The translations under genes and the position numbers were made by a program. DNA of 42,897 nucleotides from positions 1 to 42,897 of the IMG/VR virus record IMGVR_UViG_3300021437_000006. One strand, written 5' to 3'. Shown here piece by piece: positions 1 through 9,819 of this stretch (positions are counted from its first letter, which is position 1; every line of letters begins with the position of its first letter). Below the pieces are notes generated by a model, which searched no databases, had not been told where the DNA came from, and was given only the letters and a program-made list of their open reading frames with translations. This stretch comes from a virus.

Positions 1-127
1 CACCCTCGCCATCCAAAAAATTTAAAAAACAAAACAAGACCTGCTTTTGACACATATTCCCATCAAAAACCACGCCAACCGATTGCCTATGTAATTTTTA
101 CATAGTTAAACTAAGCACATGACGCAA
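1..127. repeat. terminal direct repeat, left copy (identical to 42771..42897)
   Basis: Bases 1-127 (caccctcgccatcc...gcacatgacgcaa) recur exactly as the last 127 bases of the window. Confidence 0.95.
87..113 (+). promoter_or_regulatory. inverted repeat plus palindrome just upstream of the first late ORF
   Basis: ctatgta-N5-tacatag lies at 87..105 and overlaps the palindrome tagtt-a-aacta at 103..113. The site ends 6 nt before the ATG at 119. The half-site TAGTTAA recurs in two other intergenic inverted repeats. Confidence 0.3.
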
Positions 128-736
128 ATGCTGATGCCTCCTATCAGGCCACCCCGAGAGTTCGCCATTAGCCTGTTATCTGGAAACCTCAAAGAGGCAG
201 CGGAATCTATTCCTGAGGATCTATTGAAGTTAAGCGGACAGGAGTTAGAAGATATCAGGACGCCGACGACGGTGGATTATCTGTTGCGAAAAAGCTTCTG
301 GAAGCAAGTCGAGTTAGCTTACAAATCGGGTGAAACGGAGATCACAGCAAAAAGCATTTACGATGGCATTTGTACCAAGCAAAATTGGGAGCATAAATTT
401 GTTCCTACGCCATATAGAGTGGCTTGGTTATTGTGTTACCCGGAAACTCACATGGAGTTGATGGAAAACGGTCTTACAATCGGTATCCATAATTTGCTCA
501 AATTTATAGCAAAAGAGCCGACCAAGGATACGGCCGGGTCATTTATGAAGGCGATTGATTTGTTATTGAATCGGGTGCATGGGCCTGTAATCCAAAAGAT
601 TCAGGCGCAGCATGCGCACGCGCATCTGAACATGAATAAGCCACTGGCGACGAATGAGACGCCTGAGGAGGCGATTAAGAAGCTTGAGGCGCTACGCGCG
701 CAGTTGACGGCACCCAGAGATGTGTCTGAGTCATGA
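119..736 (+). CDS. putative terminase small subunit (positional call)
   Basis: 205-aa ORF immediately upstream of terL, with an ATGA stop-start overlap. No motif recognised and no clear SD. ATGs at 128 or 134 are alternative starts. Confidence 0.4.
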   Translation: MTQMLMPPIRPPREFAISLLSGNLKEAAESIPEDLLKLSGQELEDIRTPTTVDYLLRKSFWKQVELAYKSGETEITAKSIYDGICTKQNWEHKFVPTPYRVAWLLCYPETHMELMENGLTIGIHNLLKFIAKEPTKDTAGSFMKAIDLLLNRVHGPVIQKIQAQHAHAHLNMNKPLATNETPEEAIKKLEALRAQLTAPRDVSES

Positions 737-2346
737 CAGTTACTCACAGAACGATGAAGAAAAGAACAGATACTAAAAAGCCGAAACCGGAGTCGCCACC
801 GTTACCAATCGGTCCGGCGAAGTCTCCGGTCGAGTTATTGGCTGAGTATGAGCATTATCAGACTTTGGTAAATGGACTTCCGCATTTGAGCGGTTTCCCT
901 TGGTATAAATGGGCTAAGGAATTCTTTGACAGTACGAATAAGCAGAATTTTTTGTGTGCTGCGAATCAGATATCGAAATCAACGACGCAGCAGAGGAAGA
1001 TGATAGACTGGGCAACGGACGTTAGCAAGTGGAAAAAACTATGGCCTGGACTTTTGCCTGGTCAGAAGCCGAATCAGTTTTGGTATTTTTTCCCGACGGC
1101 TGAGGTTTGGACGGCTGAGTTTGAATCGAAGATTAAGCCTGATCTGATGCCCAGGGGGCCATATGAGGGGCATCCGCAATATGGTTGGAAAGCGGTTTAC
1201 GATAAGGGTTTGATCAAGCGAATTGATTTTAACAGTGGGGTATCGATCTATTGTAAAACGTATTCGCAAAAGCCTAAGGATTTGCAGTCAGGATCGGTAC
1301 ATGCGCTTTTCTTGGATGAGGAGCCGCCGATTGTATTTATGCCTGAGCTTCAGGCGCGTTTGCGTGCGACCAACGGTTATATCCATGCGGTTATGACGCC
1401 AACTCTTGGTCAAGAGTATTGGAGGCGGGTATTTCAGCCGAGAAATCCTGAGGAGGAGATATTTCCAACTGCGTGGAAGCGGCAGGTGTCGCTGTATGAT
1501 TCGCAGAAATATATTGATGGCACAAAATCGCGTTGGAATGACAAACGGATCGAGGAGATCATTGCGGAGTCGCCGACGGAGGCAGAGGTTCAGCGTCGGG
1601 TATTCGGTAAATTCATAAAGAGCGATAACTTGCGTTTCGAGAGCTTTGATATGGATCGAAACACGATGACTCCGCAAGTGGTGCCGAAGGTATGGCCGAT
1701 ATACGCCGCGGTCGACCCTGGGTCTGGTGGTAAGTCCGGTCATCCTGCTGCAATTGTGTTCATGGCGGTTAGGCCTGATTACCGTGAGGCGTGGGTGTTT
1801 AAGGCATGGCGAGGGGATGGTATTCCTACGGCCAATCCTGATATTTTGCGTAAATTTAAAGAGATGCGCGGGACGATGCTGCCGACTCTTCAGGTGTATG
1901 ACTATAAGGATAAGGATTTTTATTTGGTGGCGCAGTCTGAGGGCGAGACGTTCACGATGGCAAATAAGAAGCGCGGCGAGGGATATGGTCTTTTGAATTC
2001 TTTGTGGAAGCTTGGGATGCTTAAGATTTTCCGTGGTGATCCGGAGCTTGAAAAGCTAATTGCAGAGATGTTGACGGTTCCAGCTATTGATGACTCGCGT
2101 GCGCTTCTTAACGATTTAAGTGATGCGCTGAGATATGCGGTTATGGATTTACCTTGGGATTTTGCGGGGGCAAATTTGATGATCAAGCGTGAGAAGTTTA
2201 TGGACGCACCTCCTGATCCAAGGTCAGATGAGCAGATTGCGCGTGACGAAATGTTAAAGTCCAGGAGAGACTTTGTACTGAACAAAGGTCCAAGTTCCAA
2301 TGAAAATGAAGAGATAGATTATTGGAATTCGATGAATGGGAGTTGA
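733..2346 (+). CDS. terL: terminase large subunit
   Basis: 537 aa. Walker-A-like AANQISKST resembles the T4 gp17 SRQLGKT pattern. Walker B is ALFLDEEP. An RNase-H-like nuclease half is suggested by AAVDPGSGG...AAIVFMA and LSDALRYA. The gene is followed by the portal gene. Confidence 0.85.
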   Translation: MTVTHRTMKKRTDTKKPKPESPPLPIGPAKSPVELLAEYEHYQTLVNGLPHLSGFPWYKWAKEFFDSTNKQNFLCAANQISKSTTQQRKMIDWATDVSKWKKLWPGLLPGQKPNQFWYFFPTAEVWTAEFESKIKPDLMPRGPYEGHPQYGWKAVYDKGLIKRIDFNSGVSIYCKTYSQKPKDLQSGSVHALFLDEEPPIVFMPELQARLRATNGYIHAVMTPTLGQEYWRRVFQPRNPEEEIFPTAWKRQVSLYDSQKYIDGTKSRWNDKRIEEIIAESPTEAEVQRRVFGKFIKSDNLRFESFDMDRNTMTPQVVPKVWPIYAAVDPGSGGKSGHPAAIVFMAVRPDYREAWVFKAWRGDGIPTANPDILRKFKEMRGTMLPTLQVYDYKDKDFYLVAQSEGETFTMANKKRGEGYGLLNSLWKLGMLKIFRGDPELEKLIAEMLTVPAIDDSRALLNDLSDALRYAVMDLPWDFAGANLMIKREKFMDAPPDPRSDEQIARDEMLKSRRDFVLNKGPSSNENEEIDYWNSMNGS

Positions 2347-2349
2347 TCA

Positions 2350-2673
2350 GTGGGTGATATTGAATTGAAAAATGCTATAAAACTGATCAAAGCAGTGAAA
2401 AAACTTGGTGTCATTCGTATGAAAATGGGTACACTTGAGTTTGAGTTATCCGAAAATTTCCGCGCTGAACGACCGGCGTTAAAGATGTCGAAGAACAAAA
2501 TAGCTGAAGCTGAGGATCATCACCAATTGCAAATGCGATTTAATGAGGTGAATGAAGACTTAAGCACGATGCACGTTGAGGATCCATCTGGTTTTGAGCG
2601 TGCGATTGTTGAGCAGGAGCTATCTGGTGAACTAAGCAGCGGAGATAACATTGAAGAAACACAAAATTTCTGA
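2350..2673 (+). CDS. hypothetical protein between terL and portal
   Basis: 107-aa ORF with a GTG start and GGGAG about 8 nt upstream. Acidic C-terminus. Confidence 0.45.
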   Translation: MGDIELKNAIKLIKAVKKLGVIRMKMGTLEFELSENFRAERPALKMSKNKIAEAEDHHQLQMRFNEVNEDLSTMHVEDPSGFERAIVEQELSGELSSGDNIEETQNF

Positions 2674-4801
2674 ATTAATTTCGATGTACAAAGAAGGTGA
2701 GCAGTGCGATGCCGAAGTGTATTCGGAAATGCGCTCAAATCTTCTTTTGGTAAGCGGAAATCATTTTAACCGGAAGCATTCAATTTTCTGGAATAGGATC
2801 AGGGAGAGCAGGACTCTTTCTAATGAGACTAAGCTTCGGTTGACGAGAAACCATATGTATCGGGTTTCTAAGATTCGTAAAAATTTAATTTTAACTCACT
2901 CCCCTGGTGTTCGGATTTTGCCAGCGATTGAGCAGGATAACCAAAGTCAAAAGGCAGCTGAGCTCAATCAATCGGTTTGGGAGTATGCGAAAGTTCAGCA
3001 ACAGATGACAAAGAAGACGCAGCAGTTTTGCAGCGACTATTTTGATATCGGTGAGACTTGCGCAAAGGTTTGGTGGAATCCAAATGGCGGAGCTTTTAAG
3101 GGTTATGGTCAAAAAGCGGATGAGCTTGGTCAGCCGTTGATGGATGAGAATGGTCAGCCAGCGGCTGATGAGGAAAATCCTATTTTTGAAGGATCGCTTG
3201 AGATCGAGCGGGTATTTGCTTTTAATTTACTTCGAGATCCGAATGTGAAGAGTATGGACGAGAGTCCATATATGACCATTCGTAAAATGGTGAAGGTCGA
3301 AGACCTAAAAAGGATGTTCGATAAGGATGATGAGCGGCAGAAGTTCATCGCTGAAGGCAAGGATGAGACGTATATTGTTTTTGATGCGAACAAGCAAAAC
3401 TACAACCGAGAAAAAGGTGTAGCGACTTTGCTTGAGACTTATTTTAAGCCATCTCCGCAATATCCGATGGGATATTATTATATTTATTTGGCGAGTGGTG
3501 GCGGTATATTTTTTGAAGGTGAGCTTCCATTTGGTGTATGGCCACTTGCTTGGGAGGGTCACGATGAGACGCCGACAACTGCAAGGCATCGATCTCCAAT
3601 TAAGCAGCTGCGTCCGTATCAGGTAGAAATTAATCGCGCGGCATCTTCTCAGGGAGAGGTTGGATTAATTCTCGGTCAGCCAAAGCTAATTATGCAAACG
3701 GGTGCTAAGCTTACGCCTGGTGAGGTATTGCCAGGTGTTCGCGCTTATCACACTTCTGGTCGTGAGCCGGTAATTCTTGAGGGGCAGACTGGCGATCAGT
3801 GGACTGGTTATATCAATGCGCAGATTGATGAAATGTATCAAATAGCGATGATACCGGAAGAGATGGCTGAGAAGCAGTCCGGTTCTGACCCATGGGGTGA
3901 GCTATTTAAGTCCATGAAGCAAAAGAAAAAATTTGTGATGGATTCTGAGAAGTTTGAAGGATTCTTGGCGCGTGTGACTAATATTTATTTGGATTTGGCT
4001 AGACATTATTTTACTGATGATATGTTGATACCTCAAATTGGTAAAAATGAGATTGTAAACATAGCTGAGTTTAGAAATACAGATAAGTTAAATTATAAGA
4101 TCAAAGCTGAACCAATGTCTGATGATCTAACGACGGTTATGGGGAAGACGTTGATGATCAATCATATTTTGCAGTATTCTTCTAACTCTCTTGAGAAGGA
4201 AGATATTGGAAAGCTTATTCGCATGATGCCTTTTGCGAATGAGGAGAAATCATTTGATACGTTTACGATGGATTATGATCGGGCTGAGAATATTCTGTTG
4301 GCGCTTGATCGCGGTGAGGCTCCGCAGCCACTTAATAGCGATAAGGGTCCATATATTATCCAGAAATTATCTGCTCGCATGTCAAAATCTGATTTCCAAT
4401 TTTTGCATCAGCAGATTCAGGATAATTACAAAAATATGATTGCGACCTATGAGCAATTGGAAGCGGATAAGGCTCAAAAGCTTAAGGCAATGGAAGCTGA
4501 CTTTATTGATACTGGTGGACCGATGATTAAGGTTGGTTGGTGGATTAAAGATCCTACGAATAAAGACCGTTCAGTTCAGGCGACGTTGCCTGCGAATGCG
4601 ATTCAGTGGCTTGTGCAGAGACTTGAGGATCAGCAAGGTTTTGTAGCACAGCAACAAAATTTAGATACAGGTACACAGGCCGATATTGCAGATAAATATA
4701 TGCAATCAAAGCCACAACAACAACCGGCACCGCAAATGCCGCAGGCACCGCAAGGACAGGCGGCAGTTGGGATGCCCACGAATAGGGGAATGATGCAATG
4801 A
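2651..4801 (+). CDS. portal protein (size and position)
   Basis: 716 aa with a TTG start preceded by GGAGA at 5-nt spacing; the in-frame ATG at 2684 has no SD. It lies between terL and the scaffold/capsid genes. Gln/Pro-rich C-terminal tail. Confidence 0.7.
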   Translation: MKKHKISELISMYKEGEQCDAEVYSEMRSNLLLVSGNHFNRKHSIFWNRIRESRTLSNETKLRLTRNHMYRVSKIRKNLILTHSPGVRILPAIEQDNQSQKAAELNQSVWEYAKVQQQMTKKTQQFCSDYFDIGETCAKVWWNPNGGAFKGYGQKADELGQPLMDENGQPAADEENPIFEGSLEIERVFAFNLLRDPNVKSMDESPYMTIRKMVKVEDLKRMFDKDDERQKFIAEGKDETYIVFDANKQNYNREKGVATLLETYFKPSPQYPMGYYYIYLASGGGIFFEGELPFGVWPLAWEGHDETPTTARHRSPIKQLRPYQVEINRAASSQGEVGLILGQPKLIMQTGAKLTPGEVLPGVRAYHTSGREPVILEGQTGDQWTGYINAQIDEMYQIAMIPEEMAEKQSGSDPWGELFKSMKQKKKFVMDSEKFEGFLARVTNIYLDLARHYFTDDMLIPQIGKNEIVNIAEFRNTDKLNYKIKAEPMSDDLTTVMGKTLMINHILQYSSNSLEKEDIGKLIRMMPFANEEKSFDTFTMDYDRAENILLALDRGEAPQPLNSDKGPYIIQKLSARMSKSDFQFLHQQIQDNYKNMIATYEQLEADKAQKLKAMEADFIDTGGPMIKVGWWIKDPTNKDRSVQATLPANAIQWLVQRLEDQQGFVAQQQNLDTGTQADIADKYMQSKPQQQPAPQMPQAPQGQAAVGMPTNRGMMQ

Positions 4802-5790
4802 TGACCGAAATATCATCGAATTCAGCTGAATCTACAGCTGGCGCTGGCCTTGATACCGCCACCGAAAATTTAGATACCGCCACCGCTCCGGTTACTGATG
4901 CGGCCTCCACAAATCCTACCACTGATACCGCTTCAGCTGCTCAATCGAGCATTCCTGTAGTTGGGGCGGACGGTAAAACGACTTATGTGCCAAATTATAA
5001 GTATAAAGCGGCACTTCAGGAGAAGGAACTTGATCCATTTTTTCATCCGCTGGTGAAAGATCCAGATAGCGAGAAGCGGGTTAAGGAATTATTCACAAAA
5101 GTTGATGCTTTTGACTTTGTGAAGAGCAAAAAAGAGCAAATTGAGCAGCAATATAACTCGATTCAAAATGATTATGAAGCGGTATCAAATGTTGTAAAAA
5201 ACTTTGATAATAGCGTGAAATCGGGTGATTTGAGCTCTGCTTTTAGGCTTGCTGGTATTACGAAAGAGCAAGTTTTCAAGTGGGCGCAGCAGCAGATCCA
5301 AATTATGGAGATGCCAGCGGATCAGCGCGCACAATATGAACAGTTTGAGCAAGCGAAGGCTCAAAAAACAGAATTAGAGCAAAGAGTAAACATGATTCAG
5401 CAGCAATATGAGACACAAGCGACCCAGGCAAGGGTTATGCAGCTTGATATGGCTTTAAATCGGCCAGATGTCGCAAAATTTGCTGAAGCGTGGGATCGAC
5501 AGGGTGAGCCTGGAAGTTTTAAAAACTTTGTGATCGAGGAAGCGAAGAAAACATTTTACGAATCGCGCGTTGACCTGAGCCCTGAACAGGCTATCGCCAA
5601 TGTGATGCAAAGATTCGGAAAGTTTTTGAACATGGGTGAAACCATGACGCAATCGCCGCAAGCGACACCTCGGGCGCAAGGTCAAAAACCAGTTATCCCG
5701 AATGTTGTGGGCAAGGCATCTTCCCCAATTAAAAAGGTGCCAAGATCATTGGATGATTTGAGAAAACTTGCCAAAGAAGCAAGGGACTAA
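4798..5790 (+). CDS. scaffolding protein (positional and compositional)
   Basis: 330 aa. Low-complexity Thr/Ala N-terminus, Gln/Glu-rich helical core and basic C-terminus. ATGA overlap with portal, directly upstream of the capsid gene. Confidence 0.55.
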   Translation: MMTEISSNSAESTAGAGLDTATENLDTATAPVTDAASTNPTTDTASAAQSSIPVVGADGKTTYVPNYKYKAALQEKELDPFFHPLVKDPDSEKRVKELFTKVDAFDFVKSKKEQIEQQYNSIQNDYEAVSNVVKNFDNSVKSGDLSSAFRLAGITKEQVFKWAQQQIQIMEMPADQRAQYEQFEQAKAQKTELEQRVNMIQQQYETQATQARVMQLDMALNRPDVAKFAEAWDRQGEPGSFKNFVIEEAKKTFYESRVDLSPEQAIANVMQRFGKFLNMGETMTQSPQATPRAQGQKPVIPNVVGKASSPIKKVPRSLDDLRKLAKEARD

Positions 5791-5816
5791 TCGTCTATTT
5801 TTAAAAGGAGTATATT

Positions 5817-7079
5817 GTGAGTACAAGTAGAGATTTTAGTTCGATGCTCAATGAGTATCTAACTATTGATTTGATGAAAGAGGAACTAATCAAGCGTGAT
5901 TACGTTTTCCAAAAAGTTGACCGTGATGATGGTTGGAAATCAGGAACTATTCCTGTTCCATTCGAAGGGCAACACGCAAGTTCAATGAGCTTCGGTTCAT
6001 TGGCCGCTGATACAAACATCTCTAAGTATAAGTATGTCCGTGGACAGCTTACTACTTACAGAGAGTTGTGGGGTTCTCTTCGATTCGAACACCGTGACTT
6101 AATGGAGCATGATGGAAAAATCAACGAGAAGTCATTCTTGAAGATTTTGCCAGGTCAAGTTGATGATTTCGTAGCAAACTTTAAAATGACTGCTGCGATC
6201 AACATGCTTGACGGCCCTCATTTCGCAACACTTACCGTTGACGGTACAGCTGGTGGCGTAATCGAGGTTGACCGTGTTGACCGATTTACTATCGATCAAG
6301 AGGTTCATCTTATCGATGGAAATAGTGCTGATACAGCTTTCTATGTTATCGCTATTGACGTAAATGGTGGAACATTGAAAAAGGGTGCTGTAACATTGTC
6401 AGCTTCTCGTGGTGGTGCTGCTGCTTCTGCTGCTGCTTTCACCGTTGCTCAAGCTGCTAAGGTTTATCACCCAGGTGCAGCGACTGAGGGTTTCACCTCT
6501 TTGGCTCAGCAATTGTTGTCCGCTGCTAATGGCGGATCTAGCACATTGTTTGGTCAAACAAAAACAGCATATCCTTATTTGCAAGCGGTTCAGTATGACG
6601 GTTCTGGTATTACTGGAGCATCTGCTGTATTGCCAACAATTTTTGCGGCGTACACTCGTCGTCAACAGTTGGCGAAAAGTGGTAAGTTACCTGAGGTGCT
6701 TTTGTCATATAAGCACATGGGTTCGGTGCTAGCTTCGTTGGAATCAACTAAGCAAGCATTCAACGTAATCCCAGAGAGTCGCAAGACTTCTGTTTATGGG
6801 TGGCAGGAAGTGATGATCGGATCAGTTTCTGGCGATATCTTGAAACTAGTTGCAGTTCAAGAGAAGTCAGATGATTCCATCATGCTTCTTGATTGGGATT
6901 CCATTACCCTTTACACCAACGGATTTCTGCAAAGACGTGTTGCACCAGATGGTTTGGAGTATTTCCAAATTCGTGCGACTTCGGGATTTTCTTATATCCT
7001 GGATCACGTTTTGGCTGGAGACATTGTTTGTAAGGCTCCATGGAAGAACCTTATCATTCACAGCATTCCAAATTACTAA
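5817..7079 (+). CDS. major capsid protein (positional)
   Basis: 420 aa with a GTG start 6 nt after AAGGAG. It follows the scaffold gene and is followed by a strong hairpin terminator. Confidence 0.7.
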   Translation: MSTSRDFSSMLNEYLTIDLMKEELIKRDYVFQKVDRDDGWKSGTIPVPFEGQHASSMSFGSLAADTNISKYKYVRGQLTTYRELWGSLRFEHRDLMEHDGKINEKSFLKILPGQVDDFVANFKMTAAINMLDGPHFATLTVDGTAGGVIEVDRVDRFTIDQEVHLIDGNSADTAFYVIAIDVNGGTLKKGAVTLSASRGGAAASAAAFTVAQAAKVYHPGAATEGFTSLAQQLLSAANGGSSTLFGQTKTAYPYLQAVQYDGSGITGASAVLPTIFAAYTRRQQLAKSGKLPEVLLSYKHMGSVLASLESTKQAFNVIPESRKTSVYGWQEVMIGSVSGDILKLVAVQEKSDDSIMLLDWDSITLYTNGFLQRRVAPDGLEYFQIRATSGFSYILDHVLAGDIVCKAPWKNLIIHSIPNY

Positions 7080-7091
7080 TAGTGATTTTCA

Positions 7092-7122
7092 CCAGGGGGC
7101 CAATGGCCCTCTGGCGTTTTGT
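7092..7122 (+). terminator. rho-independent terminator after the capsid gene
   Basis: ccagggggcc-aat-ggccctctgg forms a 10-bp stem with one G-U pair and a 3-nt loop. It is followed by cgttttgt. Confidence 0.65.
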
Positions 7123-7142
7123 CCTCTTGAGTTTGGGGTTAA

Positions 7143-7886
7143 ATGATTGATTTAATTTTAAAAGATGTGAAGGACACTTATTCTCAGGAAAACTTTTTCC
7201 GCCTGAGAAAGTTCATAAATGAACAAATACTCTTCAATGGTGACTTCAAATTTTTCGACATTACGATACCGAGCAAGCAAACTTATTTTAAAGTTTTGCA
7301 TGGGCTCTCGTTTACTCCGCTAGATATTATTCAATTATCAGCAAGCGGAGATCTTAATTATTATTTTAAATATCAGCATTTTGATTCGCAATATTTAGTT
7401 ATCGCAACAAATGGTCCGGTTAGAATTAGGTTTTTAGCAGGTAAAGTTAGTGACCAGCTTGGAACTAAGGCCCTTGTCGCGCCATTTCCATTTGTTGGCG
7501 CAGGAGAAATTGTTGGGCCATCTGCGCCTGGATTTGTCTATGGAGCCGCTGGTGATAAATCGAGTTTATTTTGGTTAACATCTGAGGGGATACCTAGCAA
7601 TGTTGTCGGTATTCCTGTTTTGTTTGGTGATGCTGAAGTGGCGCAGGCCGCGGTTGGTACTGAGATTGAATCAAATTACACCATTGGAGTTTATCAGCAT
7701 GAGGGATCTGGCGTTAATTTATTAAAGCTTGGCTCATTCGATATTACAACTGGTGGACCAAAGAGGTTAGATTTACTTTTACCGATTGTTTATACTTCTC
7801 CAAACGTCCAGATCGCATGCAGAATAGAAAATGGAAACACTAGGAATTTGAAGGTATCTTTAATTGTTAAGGGCATTTCGGTATAA
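7143..7886 (+). CDS. virion-associated hypothetical protein
   Basis: 247-aa ORF in the structural operon. No motif recognised. Confidence 0.5.
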   Translation: MIDLILKDVKDTYSQENFFRLRKFINEQILFNGDFKFFDITIPSKQTYFKVLHGLSFTPLDIIQLSASGDLNYYFKYQHFDSQYLVIATNGPVRIRFLAGKVSDQLGTKALVAPFPFVGAGEIVGPSAPGFVYGAAGDKSSLFWLTSEGIPSNVVGIPVLFGDAEVAQAAVGTEIESNYTIGVYQHEGSGVNLLKLGSFDITTGGPKRLDLLLPIVYTSPNVQIACRIENGNTRNLKVSLIVKGISV

Positions 7887-7892
7887 TCCGAA

Positions 7893-8582
7893 GTGATGTT
7901 GATGAAAAAAAGCATCAGGAATACGACACCATACGATATTGTACTGAATGATGTCGGCCAGACAATTACTGCGAATTCAACCTATGAGCTTGCTCCTAAT
8001 GATTACCTTTTGTGGTCAGCGAGTACAGAGGTTGAGCCTTTGGTTCTTGATGGGTCTTTTGTTGTTATGTTTATTTCTACAGACTTATCTGCCGAGGATG
8101 GTCTTGCCTATCTTCGTACTGGACAAGAGGAGTTATCTCGTACTGCTAAATACGACAATGCAGTAAGTGGATTAGCTGCGACAAATGCGCAGGATGCGAT
8201 TGATGAATTGGCACTTAGATCCTATTCATCCGGTGTTACGGCTACGTTTATAACTGATGTTGGTACTCAGCCACTTCAGTTATTGCGAGTTATTGATGTG
8301 AATACAGTAATTGGGATAACTGATAATTTATCATCGACCATTCCAAACGGTATTTTTGGTATCGGGTTATCAAAGTCCGATGATTTATCTATAAAAGTGA
8401 TTTTTAGTGGGGTTATCGGTGGATATTCTGGTTTTATTATCGGCCAACCTATTTTTGTTTCTGATTTGGGAGCTCCTACTCAGACAGTGCCTCTAACTGG
8501 GACTGTTCAGCAAATAGGAATTGCCGTTTCTGATTCTGAATTTTTTGTTAAACTTATGCAGCCAATGAGGAGATTTTCATGA
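7893..8582 (+). CDS. structural protein with a fibre-like C-terminal domain
   Basis: 229 aa. The C-terminal segment GVIGGYSGFIIGQPIFVSDLGAPTQTVPLTG..IGIAVS resembles the C-terminus of the 8945..9772 product. Confidence 0.5.
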   Translation: MMLMKKSIRNTTPYDIVLNDVGQTITANSTYELAPNDYLLWSASTEVEPLVLDGSFVVMFISTDLSAEDGLAYLRTGQEELSRTAKYDNAVSGLAATNAQDAIDELALRSYSSGVTATFITDVGTQPLQLLRVIDVNTVIGITDNLSSTIPNGIFGIGLSKSDDLSIKVIFSGVIGGYSGFIIGQPIFVSDLGAPTQTVPLTGTVQQIGIAVSDSEFFVKLMQPMRRFS

Positions 8583-8941
8583 GTGAATTAATGCCAAGGA
8601 CGGCCTTAAGTCCTGCTGAATATTGGGAGTGGAGAACTACAATTTCTGAAATGGATTTGGCAAAATTTAGACTAGTAAAAACTGAGCTAGAGTATAAACT
8701 TTTACTGAAAGATTCCGAATTGATGGGGGTCAGACAACAACTCTTTTTAAAAACTCGCATGGATGCCGCACGGGACGGGTTGACGAATGCCAAGGCGGAG
8801 TATGACAGATTTAAGGGCGATCTTGAAAAATCTCTCGGACAATCTTTGAGTGGTAAAATTATCGATGACGTGACGTTTGAGATAAGAGAATTGCCTGACG
8901 AAACAAATAAACCGCAGGAAATACCTGCAAAAGAGGAGTAA
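8579..8941 (+). CDS. hypothetical coiled-coil protein
   Basis: 120 aa, ATGA overlap with the upstream gene, charged helical composition. Confidence 0.5.
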   Translation: MSELMPRTALSPAEYWEWRTTISEMDLAKFRLVKTELEYKLLLKDSELMGVRQQLFLKTRMDAARDGLTNAKAEYDRFKGDLEKSLGQSLSGKIIDDVTFEIRELPDETNKPQEIPAKEE

Positions 8942-8944
8942 GGC

Positions 8945-9772
8945 ATGGCTCAGGTAAAATTGTTAAAAATTGCATCGGATGGCGTACCATTAGAATTCGA
9001 TTCAGCGGTAGATGATATTACGCTTGCATCGTTTAGCGTAACTGGTTCTGGTCCTAGTTTGAGTGCTACTGGGTTGGCGATGGCTACTCAGGATATCACT
9101 GGAATTAAAAATCTTTCTTTCAATGACCCAACTGTTGATTATTTTAATCAAACAGCTGGTAACTTGATTATTGATGATGTGATGGCAAAAGAGCGTAGCA
9201 ATGTGATGACAACTGCTGCTGATATTCTTTTCCCTGTTGTTTCAAACTCAGCTGGAGAATTGGATGCTTTTCGATTACCATCTATTGCTGGTGTTCCATC
9301 GGCTACTCCCACAGCCTCTGGAGAGGGTTTCGCCGTTTGGGATTCTACAAATAATAAATTCATGGTTTGGGGTGGATCATCTTGGGTTGACGTATCGTCT
9401 TCTGGTTCTGCTGCTGATATTTCCAACACATATACAGCTGGTGAAAACTTGTCGGCTCGTGATTTTGTTTACATCTCAGCTGCAAACACTGTTTCTAAAG
9501 CGGATGCTTCTGTTTTGGCGAAGTCATATGCAGTTGGTTTTGCAACGTCTTCTGTGTCTTCTGCTGCAAGCGTTGGCGTGAAGACAGATGGTATCATTGG
9601 CGGATTCTCTGGTATGACTCCTGGTGCGAGACAGTATTTGTCAGCGGCCACTGCTGGGGCAATTTCAGCTACTGTTCCATCTGGAACTGGTCACACAATT
9701 GTCCAAGCTGGATATGCAAAATCAGCTACTGATTTGCAAATTCAGATGTTACAATTAGGCCGCAGAGCTTAG
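8945..9772 (+). CDS. fibre-like or decoration-like structural protein
   Basis: 275 aa, Ser/Ala/Gly/Thr-rich. Contains WDSTNNKFMVWGGSSW and a C-terminal GIIGGFSGMTPGARQYLS...TVPSGTG domain paralogous to that of the 7893..8582 product. Followed by a terminator. Confidence 0.5.
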   Translation: MAQVKLLKIASDGVPLEFDSAVDDITLASFSVTGSGPSLSATGLAMATQDITGIKNLSFNDPTVDYFNQTAGNLIIDDVMAKERSNVMTTAADILFPVVSNSAGELDAFRLPSIAGVPSATPTASGEGFAVWDSTNNKFMVWGGSSWVDVSSSGSAADISNTYTAGENLSARDFVYISAANTVSKADASVLAKSYAVGFATSSVSSAASVGVKTDGIIGGFSGMTPGARQYLSAATAGAISATVPSGTGHTIVQAGYAKSATDLQIQMLQLGRRA

Positions 9773-9780
9773 TTTTAATG

Positions 9781-9807
9781 GGCGGAGCATGATAGCTCCG
9801 CCTTTCT
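9781..9807 (+). terminator. rho-independent terminator
   Basis: ggcggagc-atgata-gctccgcc is a perfect 8-bp GC-rich stem, followed by tttct. Confidence 0.7.
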
Positions 9808-9819
9808 ACATGAGGGATT

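Noticed and set aside
691-703. 13-mer gctacgcgcgcag shared with 23580..23592, similar to the GC-core of the palindromic sites.
   Set aside because: Both copies are inside coding regions in different reading frames. Exact 13-mers are expected several times by chance in 43 kb.
1039-2300. Antisense and alternative-frame ORFs within terL (1039..1269, 1288..1743, 1406..1618, 1727..1996, 1920..2300). Similar shadow ORFs occur inside the portal, capsid, primase (38082..38558) and ejection genes (26681..27133).
   Set aside because: Each lies wholly within a longer ORF that has motif or positional support, lacks an RBS, and has a skewed low-complexity composition.
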